A stretch of DNA of 64,000 nt from a virus, in IMG/VR virus record IMGVR_UViG_3300045988_154892; one strand, given 5' to 3'. The notes beneath the pieces are model-generated. The model was not told the origin of the DNA. It saw only the letters and a list, made by a program, of their open reading frames with translations, and searched no databases. Positions 8,139-16,086 of this stretch are shown here, piece by piece. The position numbers were made by a program, and so were the translations under genes. Position 1 is the first letter of the stretch. The number at the start of each line of letters is the position of its first letter.

Positions 8139-10766
8139 TTGAAAGGACTAACAAACGAACAAGTAAAAATGAGTCGGGAAAAATATGGCTCAAACAAACT
8201 ACCAGAACCAAAGCTTAAGAAATGGTATGAATTTGCGATTGAAAATATCTTTGGTGATAAAACGCTGATGCTGTTATTAGCATTATCTGCATATGAGATT
8301 TTCGCTGCAGTATTTGGATTGGCATCATTTTCAGAACCAATCATGGTGATTTTAGTTATTTCATTATGTACATATATTGGTGTAAAAATGGCGCTTGGTA
8401 TTCAAAAATCAACACAAGAACTAAGAGCAAAGACATCAACTAGGTATTGTGATGTTATCAGAGATGGGCAAGTTCAGACAATCAACAAAGATAATTTAGT
8501 TGTTGGTGATGTGGTTTGTATTGGAACTGGACAGGAAATTTACGCGGATGGATATATTATTGAGGGTAAAATTTCTGTAAGCAATGCTGCTATCAACGGA
8601 GAAAGTAAAGAATGTCAGAAAATTCCAATTAATGGTTATGTATACAAAAAATCAACATCCACCGATGATTTTACGAATCAAAATAGCTTATTTGCTGGAA
8701 CAACGATTCTGTCTGGCGAAGGAAAGATGATCGTAGGCGAAGTTGGCGTAAACACCATAAATGGTGACACACTTGTAAAAATGCAGACACTTGAGCCACC
8801 TAAAACAGCACTTCAGATTGCGATCGATAAACTTTGTGATACAATTTCGAGATATGGAACTATTGCTGCAGTCGTCACGTTTATTGCACTTATGGTAACG
8901 GATATTGCGTATATTGGATTCAGAGAATATATCAATGGTGGTGTGCTAGAAGTTATCCAAAAGATTGCACAGAACATTTCGGTTGCTCTAACAATCATTG
9001 TAGCTGCTGTTCCAGAAGGACTTCCATTAATTATCAAGCTTGTTACAAAACAGAATGTTAAGACAATGGAACAGTTCAACATTCTTGCTAAAAATCCTAA
9101 TAAGATTCCTGAGTTAGCATACGTTGATCTTATTTGTACTGATAAAACAGGGACTCTTACGACTGGTGTTATGACGCCTGTAACTATTATTGATGGACAA
9201 GGTAATGAAGTAGATCATGGTTCTGATCTTTGGAAAAATATTGTAAATAATATTTGCTTAAACAACAGTGCTACATATGATTCAGAGAATAATATCACAG
9301 GTGGAAATTCCATTGACAGAGCGGTTTTAAGTCTTGTTAATCCAAAAGAATGTGAAGATATTTTTGGAAAGTATCCATTAGTTCAGAAGCAAACTTTTAG
9401 TAGTGAAAATAAGTATTCTGCTTTTGAGAGCAAATATAACTGGGGCGAATCGTTTACATATTATAAAGGAGCACCTGAAAAACTGATCGAGCATTGTACG
9501 CATTGGCTAGATTTAGAAGCCATTCCATTTGGTGGGGATGACAAGAAAAAGCTGTATGACAAAATTAAGGCTTTAACTGAAAAGTCTATGCGTTGTATCG
9601 CTCTTACATTTTCTAATTCACCGCTGGTGGAGAATACATTACCAGACAACATGGTACTTCTCGGAATCATCGGTGTCATTGACCCAGTAAGAAAAGAGGT
9701 TCCAAAGGCTGTGCAGGTCGCTCATGAAGCTGGCATTCAGGTTATCGAGATTACCGGTGATTGTCATGAAACTGCAGTAGCCGTTGCTACGGAAGCTGGC
9801 ATTTATAAAGAAGGTGATCTTGCCCTTACAAATGCACAGTTTGAAGCGATGTCTGACGATGAAGTCAAGAAAATTATTCCTGTACTTCGAGTAATTTCCA
9901 GATGCTCACCTAATACAAAACTGAGACTTGTAACATTAGCACAGGAGCTTGGTAGATCAGTAGCTATGACAGGTGACGGGGTTAATGATAGTCCAGCATT
10001 AAAACGAGCTGATGTAGGTTTCGGTATGAATGCTGGATCTGATGTAGCAAAAGAAGCATCCGATATTATTCTAACAGACAATAACTTCGCAAGTATTATT
10101 AGAGGTGTGGAACTTGGCAGAACATTTATGCACGATATCATGATGTTTTTGGAGTTTCAGTTGCCAATTAACTTTTCACTTCTTATTTTAAGTATTCTAT
10201 TTCCTATTTTATCTGGCGGAGTATTACTAGCTTCCGTTCAAATTCTGATTATCAATATTATCATGGACTCACTTAATTCCTTATCATTTGGCGGTGAACC
10301 TCCGAAAGCTGAATATATGACAGAGAATCCAATTAAGAAGGGTTCTGGATTGTTTATTCGAGGTGCAAAGAAACGAATTGCTATTAGCACAGTAACATTT
10401 ATTGTACTATATGGAATTCTTATGTTTTCACCAGTATCAAAATTATTTACAACAGATGTCGAAGCTATGACTGCAAGATTTGCAATGCTTTGCATCATGT
10501 CTGTATGCAATGGATTTGGTATTCGTACAGAACATATTAATTTGCTCAATGGACTGAAAAACAATAAAACATTTGTATATATTGCAGCAGGTATTGTACT
10601 TGGAACTATTGCCTTATGTAATGTACTCGGTGGACTTATCCAGGTAACAGCAATGAATATGAGTCAGTGGATCGCAATCATTGGACTATCACTCACGGTA
10701 ATCGTGGTTGATGTTATTCGAAAATTATTTATCAAAGGAGAGAATAAAAATCATGGGACTATTTGA
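8139..10766 (+). CDS. P-type cation-transporting ATPase (Ca2+-ATPase-like, P2 type)
   Basis: 875 aa. Phosphorylation site ICTDKTGTLT, hinge TGDGVNDSPALKRADVG, PEGLP in TM4, N-terminal LTNEQV..REKYGSNKL. TTG start after AAAGGAG. Confidence 0.9.
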   Translation: MKGLTNEQVKMSREKYGSNKLPEPKLKKWYEFAIENIFGDKTLMLLLALSAYEIFAAVFGLASFSEPIMVILVISLCTYIGVKMALGIQKSTQELRAKTSTRYCDVIRDGQVQTINKDNLVVGDVVCIGTGQEIYADGYIIEGKISVSNAAINGESKECQKIPINGYVYKKSTSTDDFTNQNSLFAGTTILSGEGKMIVGEVGVNTINGDTLVKMQTLEPPKTALQIAIDKLCDTISRYGTIAAVVTFIALMVTDIAYIGFREYINGGVLEVIQKIAQNISVALTIIVAAVPEGLPLIIKLVTKQNVKTMEQFNILAKNPNKIPELAYVDLICTDKTGTLTTGVMTPVTIIDGQGNEVDHGSDLWKNIVNNICLNNSATYDSENNITGGNSIDRAVLSLVNPKECEDIFGKYPLVQKQTFSSENKYSAFESKYNWGESFTYYKGAPEKLIEHCTHWLDLEAIPFGGDDKKKLYDKIKALTEKSMRCIALTFSNSPLVENTLPDNMVLLGIIGVIDPVRKEVPKAVQVAHEAGIQVIEITGDCHETAVAVATEAGIYKEGDLALTNAQFEAMSDDEVKKIIPVLRVISRCSPNTKLRLVTLAQELGRSVAMTGDGVNDSPALKRADVGFGMNAGSDVAKEASDIILTDNNFASIIRGVELGRTFMHDIMMFLEFQLPINFSLLILSILFPILSGGVLLASVQILIINIIMDSLNSLSFGGEPPKAEYMTENPIKKGSGLFIRGAKKRIAISTVTFIVLYGILMFSPVSKLFTTDVEAMTARFAMLCIMSVCNGFGIRTEHINLLNGLKNNKTFVYIAAGIVLGTIALCNVLGGLIQVTAMNMSQWIAIIGLSLTVIVVDVIRKLFIKGENKNHGTI

Positions 10767-11526
10767 CAAACTTTTTGGAAAAAAGACTTCAACAACAAAT
10801 ACTATGGCGGATAATACATCCGCTGTGGTACATGAAGAAAATGCAGCGCAGCCAGTTGTAATTGACATGTCTAAGTCAGCAGAAAATCTAAATAATGTGC
10901 TAATTAATATGTCGAAATCAAGCAAGATTGATATGACCAAGCATCAAGCAAGGGTTGCGCTCGCTATGGACTATTCTGGAAGTATGGGTAATCTTTTTGG
11001 AAACGGATCTGTACAAGATGTAATTACAAGACTTTTGCCAATCGCTCTTAAATTTGATGATGATGGTAAGTTAGAATCTTGGCTATTTTCAAATGATTTT
11101 GATTTTCTGAAACCAGTGACAATTGATAATTATAAGAACTATGTTCGAAAAATTATGATGAATTCTCGTATGAGCATGGGTGGAACTAATTACGCTCCAG
11201 TCTTGAAAGATATTGTTTCCTATTATAAGGACATTGAGCCAAGTACAATTCCAGCATTTATCATTTTTATTACAGATGGTGAAAATTGGGATACAGACGA
11301 AACAAATAAAATTGTGAGAGAGCTTTCTAATTACAATATGTTTGTACAGTTTGTTGGCATTGGAAATGAGAATTTTAGTTATCTGAGATCTCTGGATGAT
11401 ATGAAGGGTAGAAAATGTGACAACACTGGATTTATCGCAGTCAAAAACATGAATAGAATGATTGACGAAGAACTATATACAGAGCTTTTGAGACCATACA
11501 AAGATTGGCTAAATAACAAACAGTAA
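10753..11526 (+). CDS. vWA domain protein (TerF/TerY-like)
   Basis: MIDAS motif AMDYSGSMG, and FITDGEN. ATG 10753 follows AAGGAGAG and overlaps the ATPase stop by 14 nt. Confidence 0.75.
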   Translation: MGLFDKLFGKKTSTTNTMADNTSAVVHEENAAQPVVIDMSKSAENLNNVLINMSKSSKIDMTKHQARVALAMDYSGSMGNLFGNGSVQDVITRLLPIALKFDDDGKLESWLFSNDFDFLKPVTIDNYKNYVRKIMMNSRMSMGGTNYAPVLKDIVSYYKDIEPSTIPAFIIFITDGENWDTDETNKIVRELSNYNMFVQFVGIGNENFSYLRSLDDMKGRKCDNTGFIAVKNMNRMIDEELYTELLRPYKDWLNNKQ

Positions 11527-11545
11527 AAAAGGAGAATATAAAACT

Positions 11546-12184
11546 ATGGCAAACGTAATTAATATGAGTAAAAACCAGAAAATCAGCATGACAAAAGAAG
11601 ATGGAACTGCAATTAAAAACTTTTTCATCGGTGTAAATTGGGATCAGAACCGTTATGCTGGCGAAGCAGATATTGATTTTGATATTAACGGATTTCTTAC
11701 AAACGCTGACCGAAAGGTAACTTATCCAAAAGATATCGTAAACTATAATACATATGGTGATGGTAGCGGATATCCGTGGGTAGAATATTCTGGAGACAAT
11801 CTTACGGGCGATGATTCTCAAGGGATTACTTTTGACGGACATCATTATGATGAATATTTTATTATTCATGCAGATACATTTCCATCAGATAAAACAGACT
11901 TCACAATTTGCCTTACTATTTTCAGAGCTGTACAGAGACTACAGAATTTTGGAATGGTTAATAACGCAACTATGATGATCTGTGATTATGACAATCCGAC
12001 AACAAAATGGGAATATGATCTTTCTGAAAATGAGAATTTTGAAAAACTGAACGCTGTAGAAATGGGAAGATTATATAAATATGGTAACGGATTCAAATTT
12101 CAAGCACTAGGATCTGGTTATATGGGTGGAATGACAGAGCTATTCAAAAATTTTGGACTTGATATTGATGAAGGTAGGGACTAA
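11546..12184 (+). CDS. TerD-family stress protein
   Basis: TerD-like signatures: ISMTKEDG...GVNWD...DIDFDINGF...GDNLTGDD (Ca2+-binding acidic motifs). Confidence 0.7.
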   Translation: MANVINMSKNQKISMTKEDGTAIKNFFIGVNWDQNRYAGEADIDFDINGFLTNADRKVTYPKDIVNYNTYGDGSGYPWVEYSGDNLTGDDSQGITFDGHHYDEYFIIHADTFPSDKTDFTICLTIFRAVQRLQNFGMVNNATMMICDYDNPTTKWEYDLSENENFEKLNAVEMGRLYKYGNGFKFQALGSGYMGGMTELFKNFGLDIDEGRD

Positions 12185-12186
12185 TT

Positions 12187-12921
12187 ATGGCAACGTTCAT
12201 GATCGTAATTCTTGTAATTGCAGCAGTTATATTCTTTACAACAACTAAAACAGGTAAGAGACTAAAAATGAGAGCATCAGGAACTGCTGACGAAATGATT
12301 AGCAATGATGCGTCTACTCCAGATGGAGCTAAAGCGTATTATAATTCTATAATCTCCAAAAAAGGAGATAGTTATATAAAAGCAAATTCTTTATATACTC
12401 AAATTGAAGGTAAAATCCAGAATTATGAAACACAATTAAGACAGTTGCAGAAAGAGAATATGCAGATGGATCTTAGTGTTGCATCCTGTATTGATAGAAA
12501 TGATGACGAAGGTGCAAAAGCATATTTGGCGAAACAACAGGAAGTCGCAGACAAAATCGAAACGATTAAAACAACGCTAAAGGAATTAAAAGAGAATAGA
12601 GATGTACAGAAAGAAAATTTAACAGCTCTACAGGAAGAAATCAAATCTTTAAAAGCAGAAAAGGATAAAGCAGTATTCACACTCGAAGCTGCCGAAACTG
12701 TGAAATCTTTGCAATCTATTCCAAATACATCAACGCAGGAAGAAAATAAGATGCTTGAGAAAGTACGCGAAGGTGTCCAGAAAACAAAAGAGCAAGCTGA
12801 CGGCACAAGAATTGCTTATGAGAATTCCACTGACGTCCAGATGAAACGTTTGGATAAAAAGATGAAAGACGAAGAACTTCAGAAAAAATTAGATGCGCTG
12901 AAAGCAGCTCAGAAAAAATAA
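12187..12921 (+). CDS. PspA/IM30-like coiled-coil protein with N-terminal TM anchor
   Basis: TM helix MATFMIVILVIAAVIFFTTT, then a PspA-like coiled coil (DDEGAKAYLAKQQEVADKIE...). The start lies 2 nt after the TerD stop. Confidence 0.6.
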   Translation: MATFMIVILVIAAVIFFTTTKTGKRLKMRASGTADEMISNDASTPDGAKAYYNSIISKKGDSYIKANSLYTQIEGKIQNYETQLRQLQKENMQMDLSVASCIDRNDDEGAKAYLAKQQEVADKIETIKTTLKELKENRDVQKENLTALQEEIKSLKAEKDKAVFTLEAAETVKSLQSIPNTSTQEENKMLEKVREGVQKTKEQADGTRIAYENSTDVQMKRLDKKMKDEELQKKLDALKAAQKK

Positions 12922-12929
12922 TATATTTT

Positions 12930-12959
12930 ACTTCGTGCGGTGTAATAGCTGCACGGAGT
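12930..12959 (+). terminator. hairpin after the ATPase-PspA operon (terminator candidate, no U-tract)
   Basis: ACTTCGTGC (12930-38) pairs with GCACGGAGT (12951-59): 9 bp including one G:U, 12-nt loop. Confidence 0.3.
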
Positions 12960-13005
12960 ACTAAGTGAAATAACACTATACAGCAAGAGAGAATATGGAG
13001 GTGTA

Positions 13006-13224
13006 ATGATGCGAAATCTAGATATATTGAGAGTTATGCCAGTTGAGGATTTAGCTGAATTTCTGGTTCGTTTAGATATCAAATCAACAGCTAATATTTT
13101 GGATGAAAATTTATGTTTGGCTGGAAATCTCGTTTGGCAATCACCGTCTAGAAAACATTTTGAGCATAGAGATGAGGCAATTGAAGATTGTATTCAGTGG
13201 CTAAATGAAGAGATTGGAGAATAA
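13006..13224 (+). CDS. hypothetical protein
   Basis: ORF track. GGAGGTG SD upstream. Confidence 0.55.
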   Translation: MMRNLDILRVMPVEDLAEFLVRLDIKSTANILDENLCLAGNLVWQSPSRKHFEHRDEAIEDCIQWLNEEIGE

Positions 13225-13228
13225 AACA

Positions 13229-13639
13229 ATGGGTAAAAATATTAATGAGATTCTTGATAAAATCATTAGAAAAGAAGATCAGACACCGTACATTATTAAA
13301 AATGTTGAAGATGGATTAAAAAAGCGTGATGAAGAAATTGCTCGATTGAGAGAAGAGAATAAAAGATTAAGAGATGAAGTTTATAAAGATTCTGAATTAC
13401 AGATGATGAAAAGCAAATGCGAAGCAATGCAGGAAGAATTAAATCGAGGGTTCACAATTTCAGAGGATGAAGAATCAATGATTAATATATGGGTGATGAA
13501 CCATATGAGAAACAAGCATCAGACAGTTGGATATTCTAACGGTCAATTCAAGTATGAATTTCAAGAATTTGCAGAAGTTGAATTTGGAACAATTATTTGT
13601 ACAAAGTGTGGTGAAAGGTTTAATTTTAGACAGTCTTAG
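13229..13639 (+). CDS. coiled-coil protein with C-terminal CxxC
   Basis: Same frame as track ORF 13205..13639. ATG 13229 follows GGAGAATAA. CTKCGERF near the C-terminus. Confidence 0.55.
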   Translation: MGKNINEILDKIIRKEDQTPYIIKNVEDGLKKRDEEIARLREENKRLRDEVYKDSELQMMKSKCEAMQEELNRGFTISEDEESMINIWVMNHMRNKHQTVGYSNGQFKYEFQEFAEVEFGTIICTKCGERFNFRQS

Positions 13640-13652
13640 AAGGAGAGTACAT

Positions 13653-13868
13653 ATGAATGAATATTGGTTAATGTTATTTTTAACGTTAGTATTAGAAATT
13701 GTTGCGATTGCAGTTGTGTCTGTATTTGGAATGACATTTATCGCAAAATCATATGATAAAATTATTGCTTATGTTGAAAAACGATGGGGAGAGGATGTAA
13801 GTTTTGGAGTATCATGCGGAATCATTTTGACTTTCTTGTTTATCACGTTAGCTGTGATTTTTTGTTAG
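13653..13868 (+). CDS. small two-TM membrane protein
   Basis: Same frame as track ORF 13527..13868. ATG 13653 follows AGGAGAG. Hydrophobic segments LMLFLTLVLEIVAIAVVSVF and CGIILTFLFITLAVIF. Confidence 0.5.
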   Translation: MNEYWLMLFLTLVLEIVAIAVVSVFGMTFIAKSYDKIIAYVEKRWGEDVSFGVSCGIILTFLFITLAVIFC

Positions 13869-14024
13869 AGAATAAATAATTGTCCAAGCATGAAAGACAT
13901 AAAACTTATCATGTATCGCAATACAAGCTTCCACTTGTAATAAACTGATCACTTAAGCGATGGGTTTGGATCAGCATCCTTGTTAGGAAACATCCTAAAC
14001 TGATGAAGCAACTATCGCACACAT

Positions 14025-14105
14025 GCTGGCGTGGCGGAATTGGTATACGCACTGGCTTCAAATACCAGGATCACAGATATGTGGGTTCGAGTCCCACCGT
14101 CAGTA
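14025..14105 (+). tRNA. tRNA-Leu (anticodon CAA), class II, no encoded CCA
   Basis: Hand-folded cloverleaf. Acceptor GCTGGCG/CGTCAGT has two G:U pairs. D arm GCG-GAATTGGTATA-CGC. Anticodon loop TTCAAAT (CAA at 14059-61, C31:A39 mismatch). Long variable arm. T arm GTGGG-TTCGAGT-CCCAC. Confidence 0.75.
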
Positions 14106-14109
14106 TTTA

Positions 14110-14256
14110 GCACCATGAAGTATGCAACTTTGTTTAGTTGGAAGTAAAAGAATATCGCAACACAAAAATCGTATGTTTTGTGTAACTAAATGCAGCGAAA
14201 AGGTATTATGAAAGGCTAATTCATTGGAGGTCGTGCATGGCTTCGCTTCATGGTGC
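14110..14256 (+). ncRNA. structured spacer RNA between the two tRNAs (candidate stable RNA)
   Basis: GCACCATGAAG (14110-20) pairs perfectly with CTTCATGGTGC (14246-56). The helix extends through TATGCA (14121-26) / TGCATG (14234-39). Inner helices are TTTAGTT/AACTAAA and ACACAAAA/TTTTGTGT. The closing helix starts 4-5 nt from each tRNA end. Confidence 0.45.
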
Positions 14257-14261
14257 GATCA

Positions 14262-14335
14262 GGATCATTAGTTCAGTAGGTTAGAACGCCCAGCTCATAA
14301 CTGGGAAGTCACTGGTTCAAGTCCAGTATGATCCA
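14262..14335 (+). tRNA. tRNA-Met or Ile2 (anticodon CAT), no encoded CCA
   Basis: Perfect cloverleaf. Acceptor GGATCAT/ATGATCC. D arm GTTC-AGTAGGTTA-GAAC. Anticodon arm CCCAG-CTCATAA-CTGGG. T arm ACTGG-TTCAAGT-CCAGT. A paired 1:72 argues against an initiator. Confidence 0.9.
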
Positions 14336-14425
14336 CTTTACTTTTCTGAAGGAATATAATGGATGATTGTATCATTTGACTTGATGAAAAGTTAATTTCA
14401 TAAGTTTTAAAGAAAGGAAGTAGTT

Positions 14426-14815
14426 ATGAAATTAGTGGATGAAGTTGTTTTGCATGGTGAAGATAATCGACCAGAATGCTGCAAAGTCCATGACAAATAT
14501 TTTTTTACTTGCGATACATGTGAGTATGGAGAATACGATGAAGAGGAAGAAGATTCAGCGGCAATAGACTTTTACACTGGAATTGCGAACAGAGAATGGT
14601 ATGACTTTGATAATATATGGAAGAAAAGTCCGTTAATTAAAAAAATCGTTGTTTGTGCAGAGAATAAGGAAGTAGCAAAAGAAAAACTAATACTTTCTGT
14701 TAATAGTATTAATGAAGAAATGAAAATGGCAGGTGAAAGATATGTATTAGACGAAAACTCAATCAAAAAAGCATATGGATTCATATCTATTACAAATACA
14801 TTTTTAGAGGAATGA
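14426..14815 (+). CDS. hypothetical acidic protein
   Basis: ORF track. AAAGGAAG SD upstream. Confidence 0.55.
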   Translation: MKLVDEVVLHGEDNRPECCKVHDKYFFTCDTCEYGEYDEEEEDSAAIDFYTGIANREWYDFDNIWKKSPLIKKIVVCAENKEVAKEKLILSVNSINEEMKMAGERYVLDENSIKKAYGFISITNTFLEE

Positions 14816-14940
14816 GAAAATAATCTCATGTGGAAGTACAAAAAAACAAAACAAGCCGAATCCTGTGCTGGTACACAAAATCCGACTTGCCACATTATAA
14901 AAAGTTATTGATTAAAAGGAGAAAATAAATAATAAACAGA

Positions 14941-15138
14941 TTATTTTGGTAGCTTTTTCAAGAACGGGATATCCCGATGTTGTTTGGAAATCATGTTGGT
15001 AATACATTCCACTTTCTTATCTGATAATTCAGATGAGTACCTGCAAATCATATCGACTGCATGGTTTTTGGAATGATAATACATACCAACGGCGATTAGT
15101 CCAACAACTGCACATATAATTGTTGCTAATATGTACAA
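14941..15138 (-). CDS. small single-TM membrane protein on the opposite strand
   Basis: TTG start at 15138 preceded by GGAGG on the minus strand. N-terminal TM YILATIICAVVGLIAVGMYY. The only minus-strand gene in the first 51 kb. Confidence 0.5.
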   Translation of the reverse strand: MYILATIICAVVGLIAVGMYYHSKNHAVDMICRYSSELSDKKVECITNMISKQHRDIPFLKKLPK

Positions 15139-15215
15139 TATTTACCTCCAATCTGAGATTTATTTTCTCATGTTTTATACGCACTACATAAGTAGTACTT
15201 CCGCATGAGTTATTT

Positions 15216-15304
15216 TATAAACCCAAGGCATAGCCGTGCAGTTGAGTCAGTATGCGGCGAACCAGGCTGCTATGACCTGTATGGGTATTATAGCAGAAAA
15301 CCCA
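15216..15304 (+). promoter_or_regulatory. GC-rich three-way-junction-like structured element upstream of ORF 15336
   Basis: P1 is TATAAACCCA (15216-25) with TGGGT-A-TTATA (15282-92). Inner helices are GCCG..CGGC and CAGG..CCTG. An alternative helix CTGCTAT (15267-73) / ATAGCAG (15290-96) is possible. A second ACCCA sits at 15300-04. Confidence 0.35.
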
Positions 15305-15335
15305 AATATTTCAAGAGTCAAAGGAGAATAAAAGA

Positions 15336-15557
15336 ATGAAGCCAATTGTATTTTACGATTTCAAACCAGATAAGGATGATCCGAATAATAAGATCGTTAT
15401 TAAGAAAACCGATCTTGAAGAGCTTTTGAATAAAACATATGAAGCTGGATATCAAGATGGACAGAAAGAATTAAGACAGACTCCCGTTTGGACGACAACG
15501 AAAAGAGATTTTGATATTGTTCCAACAATTATGACGACAGGTAATGAAAAATGGTAA
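15336..15557 (+). CDS. hypothetical protein
   Basis: ORF track. AAAGGAGAATAA SD upstream. Confidence 0.55.
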   Translation: MKPIVFYDFKPDKDDPNNKIVIKKTDLEELLNKTYEAGYQDGQKELRQTPVWTTTKRDFDIVPTIMTTGNEKW

Positions 15558-15862
15558 AAATTATCGAAATAAATCTTTCAGTCAATGGAGAGAATAATAT
15601 TAAGGATCATCAAGCAAGATTGGTATTAATTGACGATTGGAAAGATTACTGTCAAGAATATCAAAATTATAGTGGACGTCGTGTTTATTATAGTATTGCG
15701 AGTAGTATGCCTGGTGCAGATATTCCAGCAGATGCAAAAATAACAAATTTGCAGTTCGATGAACGTCATTTGTCATGTGACATTACAAATCGAGATCATT
15801 TTACTACAAAACGTCTTGTGTATAACATAGATGCAGTACCAGCACATCTATTAAATAATTAA
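15551..15862 (+). CDS. hypothetical protein
   Basis: ORF track. Overlaps the upstream stop by 7 nt. Confidence 0.5.
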   Translation: MVKIIEINLSVNGENNIKDHQARLVLIDDWKDYCQEYQNYSGRRVYYSIASSMPGADIPADAKITNLQFDERHLSCDITNRDHFTTKRLVYNIDAVPAHLLNN

Positions 15863-16086
15863 TCTAGGCTATTCAGCCGATAAATTCCAAATTTTCAAAT
15901 ATTTTCGAAAACAGAATAGATAAATTTTGAGGTGGCTAACAGCATACCTTGGGTTTGTGCGCCCTGAATCACTGTTTACATAGTTAAACATAGATTTAAT
16001 TCTGTGTTCCGTCCATGTATTGGGCGTTAAAATAGATTGTTTTATTTAACAATAATATAAATTTTAATTTTAGGAGGACAAAAATT

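Noticed and set aside
8813-10564. Minus-strand track ORFs inside the P-type ATPase gene (8813..9082, 9461..9679, 9803..10141, 10238..10564, also 8111..8344).
   Set aside because: They are fully nested antisense to a gene with unambiguous motifs and have low-complexity translations. These are shadow ORFs.
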